From NCBI GenBank assembly GCA_964547425.1, contig CAZJNH010000004.1:7226-71225 (forward strand): a stretch of 64,000 nt of DNA, read 5' to 3'. Under the pieces are notes generated by a model, which worked only from the letters and a program-made list of their open reading frames with translations, was not told where the DNA came from and ran no database searches. Shown here in pieces: positions 8,901 to 18,632 of this stretch; the stretch's first letter is position 1, and every line of letters starts with the position of its first letter. The translations under genes and the position numbers were made by a program. This stretch comes from an uncultured Candidatus Saccharibacteria bacterium (GTDB lineage: Bacteria > Patescibacteriota > Saccharimonadia > UBA4664 > CAZJNH01).

Positions 8901-9436
8901 TTAATTTATTGCCGCCGGAAATTAAGGGCCAAATCGCTTTTTCTAAACGCAACGCCGCGCTAGTGCGGATCATTGCCGCGTTCGTCGCCTCCAGCGGAAT
9001 ATTGGGCGCCCTGCTGGTTTTTGGCTCCAAGAGCCTGGATGCCCAGGTGGTATCCGTCCAGCACGACTACGACAACCAGAAAAAGTCCTCGCCCGACAAC
9101 GGCAGTATCACCGCCCTGCAAGCCGTTAACCGCCGGTTAGCCATTATCCAGTCGCTTAACAACTCAAAACACCATTACTCGGCGTTGTTGCGAAGCCTTA
9201 GCGCCGCCATGCCAAGGGGCGCATACTTTTCGGTGATCGACCTGGCTGGAGACGACAAGCCGCTTAAATTAAGCATTCAGACCACCTCCTACTCGATCGC
9301 GACCAAAGTAAAGGATGCATTACTTAAATCGAAGCGGGTCGCGGGGGTAGACCTTGAAAGTATTGCCAAGGCCGACGCCGGCGGCGGCTACACGGTAGCG
9401 GTCACCATCGCTTTAAAACCGGGAGCTTCAAAGTGA
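8897..9436 (+). CDS. pilN: type IV pilus assembly protein PilN
   Basis: The MINLLPPE N-terminus is characteristic of PilN. It has a single TM helix and overlaps pilM by 4 nt. Confidence 0.75.
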   Translation: MINLLPPEIKGQIAFSKRNAALVRIIAAFVASSGILGALLVFGSKSLDAQVVSVQHDYDNQKKSSPDNGSITALQAVNRRLAIIQSLNNSKHHYSALLRSLSAAMPRGAYFSVIDLAGDDKPLKLSIQTTSYSIATKVKDALLKSKRVAGVDLESIAKADAGGGYTVAVTIALKPGASK

Positions 9437-9978
9437 GCCCGCGCCAATTCTTCTTCGGCTTAATTTCCCTTACCATCGTGGTTTTAATTGGCGGAGGCTA
9501 CTTCTTTTTCCATGCCACAAATAAATATAGCCAGGGTAATAAAAAACTGGACAGATTGCTGGCAGACATTAAGGTGCTGCAAGACCAGTCGCAGCGCCAA
9601 CGCCAATTAAAACACGATTACGACCATAAAGTGGTACCTAAACTACCGTTACTCGACCGGGCTCTGCCCAAAGATAAAGACCAGGCCTTAGCCACCCAGC
9701 AAATCAGCGATCTGGCGGCCAAAAATGGCGTCGCGTTCACGAACATCCAGTTCACCCCCAGCCAAGGCCCGTCTGCTACCAGCCAGACCCAATCCGCCAA
9801 CGGCGTTTTGGCGTTGCCGATCAGCTTTAGCACTACCGGTAGTTATAACCAAATCCAGGAGTTTTTGCAGGGTATCGAAAACTTTCCCCGGGAGTGTGAC
9901 ATCGTCAACGTAAGCTTGAGCGCGTCGGAGAATACCGTGTCGGCCAACTTAATCGTAAATATGTATCTACTGCCATGA
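9433..9978 (+). CDS. pilO: type IV pilus assembly protein PilO-like
   Basis: It sits at the position of pilO, with an N-terminal TM helix and a coiled-coil segment. Confidence 0.55.
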   Translation: MSPRQFFFGLISLTIVVLIGGGYFFFHATNKYSQGNKKLDRLLADIKVLQDQSQRQRQLKHDYDHKVVPKLPLLDRALPKDKDQALATQQISDLAAKNGVAFTNIQFTPSQGPSATSQTQSANGVLALPISFSTTGSYNQIQEFLQGIENFPRECDIVNVSLSASENTVSANLIVNMYLLP

Positions 9979-10241
9979 CTTTTAAACTGAAACTCAGTTT
10001 GCCGAAGGTCGATTTCCAGCGCTACCTGGGGCCAGGAATTTCGATTCTGGTTCTGCTGGCTTTTATGTACGTGGCGTTCTTGATCCGCGGCAGCCAAAAC
10101 CCGCAGGCCGATCCGGTGTACTTAAAACAGCAGATCGACAAGTTCGACCAAACCAAGATCCAGATCAAAACCGCCCAGCTTAACGCTCTGGGCAAAACGC
10201 CGGCCTCGGTTTCGCCGGGACGCAACCCGTTTAAACCTTAG
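9975..10241 (+). CDS. small membrane protein, possible PilP-like pilus assembly component
   Basis: An 88-aa protein with one TM helix, overlapping pilO by 4 nt. Assigned by operon context only. Confidence 0.3.
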   Translation: MTFKLKLSLPKVDFQRYLGPGISILVLLAFMYVAFLIRGSQNPQADPVYLKQQIDKFDQTKIQIKTAQLNALGKTPASVSPGRNPFKP

Positions 10242-12135
10242 CCGGCTTCGCTAGATTCTTTTGCGCCCAAGTATGGTGGCGGACTATTGCCCGCGCTCCA
10301 ACGGCGCTCCACAGCTGAACCTTGTTCATCGGCCCTTCGGCCCTCGATTGGTCGTTGTAAAAGTGGGCTTTGCCGTTTTTGTGGTAGTGAAGCTCCGTCG
10401 CGCCGATTTGGTTGATGGCCGACAAACTGGCTTCGGCGGTTTTTACTAAGGTTTCTTGGAGCAGCTGGCAGGTTTTTTCGCTAAACCGACTGGACTCGAG
10501 CTGGCGGACTAGACCGGCGGTGACAAAGGCGGTTTGTTTGGTCCAGCTGACGCGGCCGTGATAATCCAGGGTGGAGTAACCGTCTTTGGCACCAACCAGC
10601 GTCGGACCGGCCGGAGTGTAAAAGTATTTTTCACTTAACAACCGGCGGCAGAAACTGTCGAGGTCAGCCTCGGTCGGTTCACCGTAAAACAGGTCGTAAG
10701 CTTCGTCTGTGTGGTTCACCTCCAGCGTGCGGTACTGCAGTTTGCCATCTTCGGATTTGATGTCGTAAAGCGCCAGCGCCATGGCGGTCTCCCCGTCCCG
10801 GTTAATAAAGCGGTAGAGGTCTTTGACCTTTGACCATTTGGCGACGAGATGGGTTAGGGTCGCTTCCGGAAAACCAAAGAACTGGGCATGCTGTTTGATC
10901 AGCTCGAGTGCCTGGGGGTAAAACACCGCGTTAACGTCGTACGGCGCGATGATCGGGTGGACCATCTTGAAGGCCCGTTCGCTGTCACGCCAGTTGCCGG
11001 CGCCGTAGTACTCTTCGCGCCGGTGGCGGCGAAACAGTTCGGGAATTTTTTTGAAGGTTATCAGGTCGTTGGCGGCGGCTTCGGATACCAGATAATGAGC
11101 TGAGCGCTTTAACCTTTCTTGGTCGTGCTCCGAGAAGTCGCTAGGCTTAATCCGCTGCAACCCCAAAATGTAGTGTGGCTCGATGTCGATCATATTGCGG
11201 ATGATGTACATTTCCTGGACCTTTTTGACCAGATCCTGCATTAGCCGGCCAAGGCGGCTTTCGCGCTCCAGCAAATCGTCGAGGCTACCAGGGAACTCAT
11301 CGGCCTGCCGGCTTTTTTCGGCCTCCAGCTCGCCGGTGATGTTTTCGTGCCAACCGATGCCGACGGGATTAACCAGCGCCAAAGCTTTGCTGTACATATA
11401 TCGCCTAACATTAAGCAGGAGGTCGCCTTCACCTAGGTCCGCGGATTCCATCCAGTCGCGAGGAAACACCGTGCCGTAGTCGAAACCGCTGGTACGGTCG
11501 TTGCGGATTAAAAAATCTATCTCCCCAGACAGCCGGTTCATCAATCCGCCGCGATCGGCCGACGAGTTCACTCGGGTTTTGGCTACCGCGTGGCTAACTT
11601 CCGGCCGCGGCGGTTTGGGGTTGTCGGTCGTCAGCTTGAAGCTGATCGGTTTAGCGGTTCGGCTTTTTAGCCAGTAGCCATGGTGTGACTGCTGGCGGTG
11701 AACCTCGACCGATTTGTCTAAAGTGATTTTAACCCCGTACCAGGTGTTTTCGTAGAACCGGCGGTAGGTTAATTCAAAACCCCGCTCGGTGGCCTCGCCG
11801 CCGACGAAGTGCGGCAAAATGGCATCCGGATGCCGCCGCATTACCTGGGCAAAGGTTGGTTTCGGTTTGCCCGGCGGCTCAATCAGCCCGCGTACTCGCA
11901 GCATCGGCCCGATAGCCGGATCGTGGAAAAAAAGTTTCGAGTGTTTGAAGCGACCGCTAATTTTGACTTCGCCGCTGGCCAGCAGTTTTACATCTTCAAC
12001 CTCAAAGTCAGCTTGGTTTAATCCAACGGTTGCAAAGTAGAGGTGGTTGTCGGGTCCGGCGATCCGCAGCTGCTCATGCTCATCGATGTCGATATAGTAG
12101 GCGGACTCTAACCAAAGATTGTCATCAATTTTCAT
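10231..12135 (-). CDS. large conserved hypothetical protein (possibly (alpha/alpha)6-barrel glycoside-hydrolase-like)
   Basis: 634 aa with no signal peptide. The fold assignment is weak and rests on the C-terminal region only. Confidence 0.3.
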   Translation of the reverse strand: MKIDDNLWLESAYYIDIDEHEQLRIAGPDNHLYFATVGLNQADFEVEDVKLLASGEVKISGRFKHSKLFFHDPAIGPMLRVRGLIEPPGKPKPTFAQVMRRHPDAILPHFVGGEATERGFELTYRRFYENTWYGVKITLDKSVEVHRQQSHHGYWLKSRTAKPISFKLTTDNPKPPRPEVSHAVAKTRVNSSADRGGLMNRLSGEIDFLIRNDRTSGFDYGTVFPRDWMESADLGEGDLLLNVRRYMYSKALALVNPVGIGWHENITGELEAEKSRQADEFPGSLDDLLERESRLGRLMQDLVKKVQEMYIIRNMIDIEPHYILGLQRIKPSDFSEHDQERLKRSAHYLVSEAAANDLITFKKIPELFRRHRREEYYGAGNWRDSERAFKMVHPIIAPYDVNAVFYPQALELIKQHAQFFGFPEATLTHLVAKWSKVKDLYRFINRDGETAMALALYDIKSEDGKLQYRTLEVNHTDEAYDLFYGEPTEADLDSFCRRLLSEKYFYTPAGPTLVGAKDGYSTLDYHGRVSWTKQTAFVTAGLVRQLESSRFSEKTCQLLQETLVKTAEASLSAINQIGATELHYHKNGKAHFYNDQSRAEGPMNKVQLWSAVGARAIVRHHTWAQKNLAKPAKV

Positions 12136-12269
12136 CGTTATACTTAGGGTAACACTTCAAACTCTAAGAACTAAACTCGAAGTACTGAGTAAGTTTCAAG
12201 AGCAAAGTTCAAAGACTTAAAACTTATATCTTTAATCTTACTTAGAGTTTAGAACTTAGCTCTTAGCTC
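12136..12269. repeat. palindromic element copy B (arms adjacent, no cargo)
   Basis: The sequence caaactctaagaactaaactcgaagtactgagtaag … ctttaatcttacttagagtttagaacttagctcttag has the same arm sequences as 2226-2742. Confidence 0.6.
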
Positions 12270-13298
12270 TTACAGCAATGAGGCTTGGTCGGAGTTTTCG
12301 CTGGGGTTTTTTAAGCCGAGGTGGCTATAGGCTTTTTTGGTGACTTTGCGGCCGCGGGGGGTGCGTTCGAGAAAACCGACTTTAAGTAAGTAAGGCTCAT
12401 AGACGTCTTCGATGGTCGAGCGCTCTTCGGAGCACAATGCGGCGATGGTGTCGACACCGACCGGACCGCCGCCATGGTTTTTGATGACAGCCTCGAGCAA
12501 ATGGCGGTCAACCTCCTCTAGACCAAGCGCGTCAATTTTGAGCAAATCGAGAGCTTTACTCGCCAAATCAGCGGTAATTTTACCGTCACCCTTCACCTGG
12601 GCGTAATCCCGGGCACGGCGGAGCAGGCGGTTGCCGACGCGGGGGGTCAGGCGGGAGCGGTCGGCCAGAAGTTTGGCCGCCTCCGGTTCGATGTCGGCTT
12701 TGAGGATCCGGGCGGAGCGGCCGATGATCTTTTCGATTTCAGCCGGTTGATAATAGTTTAGTCGATGGACCATGCCGAAACGGTCGCGCAAAGGGCCGGA
12801 GATCGCCCCGGCTTGAGTTGTGGCACCGATGATGCTGAATTTTGGCAGGTCAAGGCGCAAGGACTTAGCCGAAGGGCCTTTGCCGAGCACCAGGTCGAGG
12901 CTGAAATCTTCCATCGCCGGATAGAGAATTTCCTCGACCGTTTTGGGCAAACGGTGGATTTCGTCGATGAATAAAATTTGGCCTTCCTCGATGCTGGTTA
13001 AAATCGAGGCCAGATCGCCGGCGCGCTCGATAGCGGGGCCGGAGGTAACTTTTATTGGGGTATTCATTTCGTTGGCGACGACGTGGGCGAGAGTAGTTTT
13101 ACCTAAGCCCGGTGGGCCGTACAGCAAAACGTGGTCGACCGGTTCCCCCCGTCCTTTTGCGGCAGCAATTGCCAGCTGGAGGTTGTCTTTGATGGTGTCC
13201 TGCCCAATGTAATCTTTGAAAGTATGCGGCCGCAGGGTTTCTTCGAGCTGGACCTCGCCGACTTCGATTTCTCCGGGCGTTGAGATACGCTCAATCAT
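12270..13298 (-). CDS. ruvB: Holliday junction branch migration helicase RuvB
   Basis: AAA+ protein with Walker [10 protein letters not shown], and RuvB-wide similarity including the C-terminal winged helix. Confidence 0.95.
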   Translation of the reverse strand: MIERISTPGEIEVGEVQLEETLRPHTFKDYIGQDTIKDNLQLAIAAAKGRGEPVDHVLLYGPPGLGKTTLAHVVANEMNTPIKVTSGPAIERAGDLASILTSIEEGQILFIDEIHRLPKTVEEILYPAMEDFSLDLVLGKGPSAKSLRLDLPKFSIIGATTQAGAISGPLRDRFGMVHRLNYYQPAEIEKIIGRSARILKADIEPEAAKLLADRSRLTPRVGNRLLRRARDYAQVKGDGKITADLASKALDLLKIDALGLEEVDRHLLEAVIKNHGGGPVGVDTIAALCSEERSTIEDVYEPYLLKVGFLERTPRGRKVTKKAYSHLGLKNPSENSDQASLL

Positions 13299-13843
13299 TT
13301 GGCTAAGCTCCTTAGAGCCTGCTTGATCCGCTCTTTTTCGTCGGAGACCGAAGCCGGTATTGAGGATGCCGCTTCGGCGGCCTGGGAAGGTGAGTAGCCG
13401 AGACCGACTAAGGCTTGATAAGTGTCATCGGTCGCCGAAGCGCTGGGAGTCAGTTTGCCCTTTAGATCAACGATCACCCGCTCCGCGGTTTTTTTGCCAA
13501 CTCCGACTACACCGGCAAACAGCTCGGCGCTGCCGCTTTGGACCGCTTGCATCACCTTGTCCGGCGAGCCGGCTGAGAGAATCGAAAGCGCCGATTTGGG
13601 ACCAACACCACTGACGGACAACAGTTTCATAAACAGCTCCTTAGCTTCGTAACTCGAAAAGCCGAAGAGAGAGTAGGCGTCTTCTTTGATGTTTTCGTAA
13701 ATATAAAAGCTGGCGCGGTCGCCAACTTTGGTTTCCTGCCAGTCCGGTAGGGTGAGGTAAATTTCATACTCAATCGAGCCGGCTTCAACCAGGGCCACCC
13801 CCGGCAGCTTTTCGGTCACTTCCCCCTTAATCCGTCCTATCAT
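13295..13843 (-). CDS. ruvA: Holliday junction DNA helicase subunit RuvA
   Basis: The N-terminus is MIGRIKGEV. The HhH motifs ([10 protein letters not shown]) and length are typical. Confidence 0.9.
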   Translation of the reverse strand: MIGRIKGEVTEKLPGVALVEAGSIEYEIYLTLPDWQETKVGDRASFYIYENIKEDAYSLFGFSSYEAKELFMKLLSVSGVGPKSALSILSAGSPDKVMQAVQSGSAELFAGVVGVGKKTAERVIVDLKGKLTPSASATDDTYQALVGLGYSPSQAAEAASSIPASVSDEKERIKQALRSLAK

Positions 13844-13862
13844 ATGGGTTAATTATACCTGG

Positions 13863-14852
13863 TTATAGGTTCTGGCCGTAGTAGATAATGTCTTCGATTA
13901 AGTAAACGCAGCGCTGGCGGATTTGCTCGTCGCCAAGAAATACATGGTAGTTTTTGAGCTTTTGGCAGCCTACCAGTACCAGATAAAAATACAGCCGCTG
14001 TTTAATGTTAGGGTCAAATTTTTCTTCGTAAAACTCTATCAACCAATCGAAGAAACGATTGGCCTTCGAAATTTCTCGCTTACCCTCCCAAAAGTGGCCG
14101 TTGTCGTCGAGTCTGACGTGGTCGAGCATTACCCTTAAACAGGCTATGTCCTCGAGATAATCGGCGGTTTTAACCGTTTCCCAGTCAACTAAATAGACCT
14201 CGTCGGTCGCGATAATTACGTTCCCCCACCACAGGTCATTGTGAATCAGCGATTTTTGAACATCGAAACGCCGGGGATACTTTTTTAAGTAAGCCTCGGC
14301 ATTGTCTATCACTTCGGTCAAAGCCGCCGATTTTTCTGGAAGTATTTGCCCGCACATCTCAAGTACCGGCTTCCGATAACGTTTAAGCCGCTTTTCCAGC
14401 ATGGCGGGATCGGCGTGGCGGCGGCGCTTAATTTTATGCAGCTCCATTAGGTGGTCGGCTAAATGTTCACAAACCCGCGACGATAACGACTCGGAGTTGA
14501 ATTCCTGGCCAATCGGCACTTTGGTAACGATGATGTCGGTACCAAGTGAATTCTCGTAGTGGCGACTGGTTAGCGCCACTTCTGGTGGCTTGGTTAGCTT
14601 TTTCAGGTTCCTTATCTCACGCAAAAACGAGTCTGGCCTAGTATAGTTTTTTAGTACGTAATACTGATGGTTAATGAGCAGCGAAAAGACGCTTGAATGC
14701 TCCCCTCTTCCAATTAAGCCTATTGGTTGAATCGCCTCCACGGAAATGCCGCGCCTCTCAAGAATCGGAACCAGTTTGCGCTCCAGTTCTTCGAGCTGTT
14801 CGAGCTCCTTAAGGTGCTCCGTTTCTTCCTTGGTCGCCAGTTTTCTAGACAC
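13863..14852 (-). CDS. phosphotransferase (APH/choline-kinase-like protein-kinase fold)
   Basis: Brenner motif IHNDLWWGNVI (HxDxxxxN) and VDWE (DxE). It overlaps the 3' end of ruvC by 8 nt. Confidence 0.6.
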   Translation of the reverse strand: MSRKLATKEETEHLKELEQLEELERKLVPILERRGISVEAIQPIGLIGRGEHSSVFSLLINHQYYVLKNYTRPDSFLREIRNLKKLTKPPEVALTSRHYENSLGTDIIVTKVPIGQEFNSESLSSRVCEHLADHLMELHKIKRRRHADPAMLEKRLKRYRKPVLEMCGQILPEKSAALTEVIDNAEAYLKKYPRRFDVQKSLIHNDLWWGNVIIATDEVYLVDWETVKTADYLEDIACLRVMLDHVRLDDNGHFWEGKREISKANRFFDWLIEFYEEKFDPNIKQRLYFYLVLVGCQKLKNYHVFLGDEQIRQRCVYLIEDIIYYGQNL

Positions 14853-15333
14853 GGCTTTTTACACCTTTATGGCTGTGGGCGTGGGTGATGGCGATAGCCA
14901 GGCCGTCGGCGGCGTCGTCTGGTTTGGGAATTTCCGGCAACCCAAGCATGGTTTTAACCATTTCCTGGATCTGCTTTTTGTCGGCCCGACCGTAGCCGGT
15001 GATAGCTTGCTTGACCTGAAGCGGGGTGTACTCATGGACTCCCAACCCGGCCTCGGCGGCGGTCACAATCACCACTCCCCTAGCCTGGCCGACGGTCATA
15101 GCGGTCGTGACGTTGGCGGCGAAATATAAGAGTTCAACCGCGAATTGGTCGGGTTTGAATTCTTTGATCAGTTGGGCGAGCTCTTTTTGGATCGTCAGCA
15201 ACCGACGGGGCATTTCTTCACCGGCTGGCGTCGTAATAACTCCCGCCGATACGAACTTTGCTTTGCCGACCTGCCAGTCGATTACCCCAAACCCGGTCGT
15301 CGCTGTGCCGGGATCGATGCCTAAGATTCTCAA
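14845..15333 (-). CDS. ruvC: crossover junction endodeoxyribonuclease RuvC
   Basis: N-terminus MRILGIDPGTATTGFGVID with RNase H-like catalytic Asp residues. Confidence 0.9.
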   Translation of the reverse strand: MRILGIDPGTATTGFGVIDWQVGKAKFVSAGVITTPAGEEMPRRLLTIQKELAQLIKEFKPDQFAVELLYFAANVTTAMTVGQARGVVIVTAAEAGLGVHEYTPLQVKQAITGYGRADKKQIQEMVKTMLGLPEIPKPDDAADGLAIAITHAHSHKGVKSRV

Positions 15334-16067
15334 GAAGAAACCTCGTCCATAATTTCGGGAGCGATGTCCATGTTGGAATGTGTCGCCGTCACGTCTTCCA
15401 GCTCCTCCAATGCTTCAAGCATCTTGATGGCAGAACGGGCGGTTTTGGCGTCGTCGATTTTAGCCGGTTGCTTCGGTGCCAATACAAGCTCGGGCTCTTC
15501 GACGGTGTATTTTTCGTCGAGAGCTTTTTTGACGGATTCAAAATTAGTTGGTGTAGCGTAAACCCGCACCCCATCGTCTTCTTCGAAAACGTCATCGGCG
15601 CCGGCCTCGATGGCGTCCAACTCCGCCGCTTCTATATCCGAGGATTTAACAAACATCTGCCCTTTTTGGTCGAACTGGAACGCCACCGATCCGGGCGCGC
15701 CAAGATTGCCGCCGTGTTTAGTGAACGCGCTCCTAACTTCAGAGGCGGTGCGGTTGCGGTTGTCGGTCGCAGTTTCGACCATTACGGCAACGCCGCCGGG
15801 ACCGTAGCCCTCATAGGTAATCTCTTCGATCTGTCCGCCGCCCTCGCCGGTTCCTCGCTTAATTGAACGGTCGATGTTGGCGGCCGGCATATTGGCCTCT
15901 TTGGCTTTTTGGATTGCAAGCCGCAGGCGGAAGTTTTTTTCCGGGTCACCACCATGTTTGGCTGCGACAGCAATAGCGTTCGCGAGCTTAGTCCAGGCTG
16001 CGCCTTTGCGCGAGTCGGTAATAGCTTTCTTGTGCTTGATTTGGGCCCATTTGGAGTGTCCAGCCAT
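15330..16067 (-). CDS. yebC: YebC/PmpR family DNA-binding transcriptional regulator
   Basis: N-terminus MAGHSKWAQIKHKKA. The length is typical. Confidence 0.9.
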   Translation of the reverse strand: MAGHSKWAQIKHKKAITDSRKGAAWTKLANAIAVAAKHGGDPEKNFRLRLAIQKAKEANMPAANIDRSIKRGTGEGGGQIEEITYEGYGPGGVAVMVETATDNRNRTASEVRSAFTKHGGNLGAPGSVAFQFDQKGQMFVKSSDIEAAELDAIEAGADDVFEEDDGVRVYATPTNFESVKKALDEKYTVEEPELVLAPKQPAKIDDAKTARSAIKMLEALEELEDVTATHSNMDIAPEIMDEVSS

Positions 16068-16142
16068 GCGAGTATTTTACCTCAGAAAACGCTCGCTCCT
16101 ATAAGGGTTAAGTTTTCATAAAGCTTACGCTAAAATAGGGGT

Positions 16143-17000
16143 GTGACTCGCAGCCAAAAACTAAACCTGATCTTTGTGGCACTGCTGGTCGTGGCCTACG
16201 TGGCCGCGTCTATTATTACTCCGAAGCAGGCCTCTAACACGTACCATTTATCTCATGCCGCCATTGCTTTGCTTACCGTCAGCATCTTGGGGCTTTGGGC
16301 TCTGACCTGTTTTTTCGGAATTTTTGCCTGGCTAAGGCTCGACCGTTACGCCAATTTGCTGGCCGGCAAGGATCAACAAGCCTTTAGCCGAATCGGTTTG
16401 GGCGTGTTGCTTCTGGCGTACGGCCTGATAATTTCGTCCCTGGCTTCGGCCGCTGCCTTACCCAAAGAACTTAGCACTTACATCAACATCGTTATACCGG
16501 TTTTGGGTTTTTGGTATTTGCGGATAGGCACCAAAAGTTTATCGGTGTCTGCTCAGGCCGCACTCAGTCTCAAGTCTAAGCTGCTAACGGTTGGCCCACC
16601 GGTACTGTTATTAGGAGTTTTTTACGTCTTCCTGGCACTTTCCAATTCGACACCTAAGGGACCTCATGGACCGCTGCTACTGATAAGCACTGCGCTGGTC
16701 ATAGCGACATGGACCCTGGGCCTGCTAGCGGCTTTAAATATCGAAAGAGCCACCCACACTAGTGAGTCAGCCATACCAGCCCGCCCGCTAGCTCTGCTTT
16801 ACAACGGAATTTTAACGATGACCGGCGGCTACATCATCCTCGACGCGCTAATATCGCTTGGCAATGACCGCATTGCGTCCCTTCCGCTGCTCGTCGTCGT
16901 GGCGCTTATTTACGCGTTTATCGCCGTGGTCGGCCTGGGCTTTTATATCGTGTCGGCTAGCGCCCGTCAGCTAATCGCCGCCAAACGGCAGAGTCACTAG
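16143..17000 (+). CDS. polytopic membrane protein, function unknown
   Basis: Roughly 8 predicted TM helices. GTG start. Confidence 0.4.
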   Translation: MTRSQKLNLIFVALLVVAYVAASIITPKQASNTYHLSHAAIALLTVSILGLWALTCFFGIFAWLRLDRYANLLAGKDQQAFSRIGLGVLLLAYGLIISSLASAAALPKELSTYINIVIPVLGFWYLRIGTKSLSVSAQAALSLKSKLLTVGPPVLLLGVFYVFLALSNSTPKGPHGPLLLISTALVIATWTLGLLAALNIERATHTSESAIPARPLALLYNGILTMTGGYIILDALISLGNDRIASLPLLVVVALIYAFIAVVGLGFYIVSASARQLIAAKRQSH

Positions 17001-17001
17001 C

Positions 17002-18063
17002 ATGCTGCTGATTCAAAAAATGGTGCTTACACTCCTAGCGGTAGCACTGATCCCGGTCTTTTTGGTAGCCTCACTTTTTTATTTTACTGCTCCGTCATCG
17101 TTCAAGGGGTTTGGCGACATATTCCTGGTCGCTCTCTTCATACTATCTGTAGCTATAATTTTCGTGGCGTTCTATCTGGCACGCCGGATTAACGAACCGA
17201 TCCTTGGGTTATCGGTAGCGGCCGATAAGATGCGGGATGGGGATCTTTCCGCCCGAGCCAAGGTGGGCACCAAAGACAAAGACGAGATTGGCCAGTTGGC
17301 CTCTACGTTTAACGCTATGGCCGAGAACGTTGAGCGGGTCGACGAGATGAAATCGGAGTTTGTGCTACTAGCCTCGCACCAGCTGCGAACACCGGCCACC
17401 GCGGTTAAGGGTTTCATTTCTATGTTATTAGACGGATACGCCGGCAAACTTGATGGTAAGAACCGTAAGATGCTGAAAGCGGCATTCGAGGAGAATGAGC
17501 GGCAAATCAGCGTTATCAACAGTATTTTAGACGTTGCCAGACTGGAGTCGGGTGAGCTGTCGCTGGTGAGGGAGACACAGGATATTGGCGCCATCATCGA
17601 AGCCAGTGCCGCTGGGCAAATCCCGATTTTAGCTGCCCAAGACCAGAAGATTACCGTCAAGAAACCTAAGCAGCCAGTCAAAATATCTGTCGATGGAGAG
17701 AAACTACGGTTAGTGCTCGACAACTTAATCCACAATGCCAGTAAGTACTCAGACCGGGGAAAACATATAACCATAGAGTTAAAGAGTGATGCTGGGCATG
17801 TGTATATCAGCGTAACCGACGAAGGAATTGGCATCGCCCAAGCCGATCTTCCTCGCTTATTCAAGCGATTTTCGCGGATCTCAAGCCCTCAGACGGCCGG
17901 TATCCAGGGCGCCGGGGTGGGCTTGTATTTGGCGGAGAGGCTGGTAAAAATGCATAAGGGACAGATTCACGTTCAGTCGCAACCGGGCAAGGGCACGACC
18001 TTTACGATCGAGTTGCCTAATATTAAGGAGGAGCCAAAAAATGCCGCGGATTCTAGTAGTTGA
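17002..18063 (+). CDS. sensor histidine kinase (HAMP-HisKA-HATPase_c)
   Basis: Two TM helices, a HAMP domain, the H-box ASHQLRTPATAVKGF and the G-boxes GIGIAQ / GAGVGL. Confidence 0.85.
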   Translation: MLLIQKMVLTLLAVALIPVFLVASLFYFTAPSSFKGFGDIFLVALFILSVAIIFVAFYLARRINEPILGLSVAADKMRDGDLSARAKVGTKDKDEIGQLASTFNAMAENVERVDEMKSEFVLLASHQLRTPATAVKGFISMLLDGYAGKLDGKNRKMLKAAFEENERQISVINSILDVARLESGELSLVRETQDIGAIIEASAAGQIPILAAQDQKITVKKPKQPVKISVDGEKLRLVLDNLIHNASKYSDRGKHITIELKSDAGHVYISVTDEGIGIAQADLPRLFKRFSRISSPQTAGIQGAGVGLYLAERLVKMHKGQIHVQSQPGKGTTFTIELPNIKEEPKNAADSSS

Positions 18064-18406
18064 GGATTACCCTAATTTGCAATTATTGTACAAAACCGTA
18101 CTTGAAGCCGAGGGTTTCGAAGTCACCTCTGCGAGCGATGGGAATGAAGCCCTGGAAAAGGTACGGGAAAATGAGCCGGATCTAATACTGCTCGACCTAT
18201 TGATGCCGCGCCAAGACGGACTGCGGTTTCTGCGGGAGTTTGATGCCAAGGAGCATCCCGAGGTTAAAGTTATAGTTTTTAGCAATATGGCTTCGCCGGA
18301 ACTATCTAAGGAAGCCACGAGGCTGGGGGCCAGCCAGTACCTGGTAAAGGCCAAGTACACTCCCAAACAGATGGCTGAGGTCATCAAAAAATCTCTAAAG
18401 TCGTAA
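18041..18406 (+). CDS. single-domain response regulator (receiver only)
   Basis: The D…D…K receiver pattern (ILVVED…LILLDLLMP) in 121 aa. It overlaps the kinase gene. Confidence 0.8.
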   Translation: MPRILVVEDYPNLQLLYKTVLEAEGFEVTSASDGNEALEKVRENEPDLILLDLLMPRQDGLRFLREFDAKEHPEVKVIVFSNMASPELSKEATRLGASQYLVKAKYTPKQMAEVIKKSLKS

Positions 18407-18470
18407 CCCTCCGGGTTCTCGCCTCGGTGTCCTCCCAAGAAAAATTCCGAGACAAGCTCGGAGTTTTTCT

Positions 18471-18546
18471 TGGTGGGCCGTCCGGGGCTCGAACCCGGGA
18501 CACGAAGCTTAAAAGGCTCCTGCTCTACCAACTGAGCTAACGGCCC
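18471..18546 (-). tRNA. tRNA-Lys(UUU)
   Basis: GGGCCGTTAGCTCAGTTGGTAGAGCAGGAGCCTTTTAAGCTTCGTGTCCCGGGTTCGAGCCCCGGACGGCCCACCA folds as a cloverleaf with CCA encoded. Confidence 0.85.
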
Positions 18547-18597
18547 GCACCATAATAAGTTTAACCGAAGTATTATACCTATATCTGAACTAAACGA

Positions 18598-18628
18598 AAA
18601 CTCCCTTGATGGGAGTCTTCGTTTTTTA
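18598..18628 (-). terminator. rho-independent terminator downstream of the aaRS-like gene
   Basis: A gaaaactccc…gggagt stem is followed by a T-run on the minus strand. Confidence 0.45.
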
Positions 18629-18632
18629 GTGA

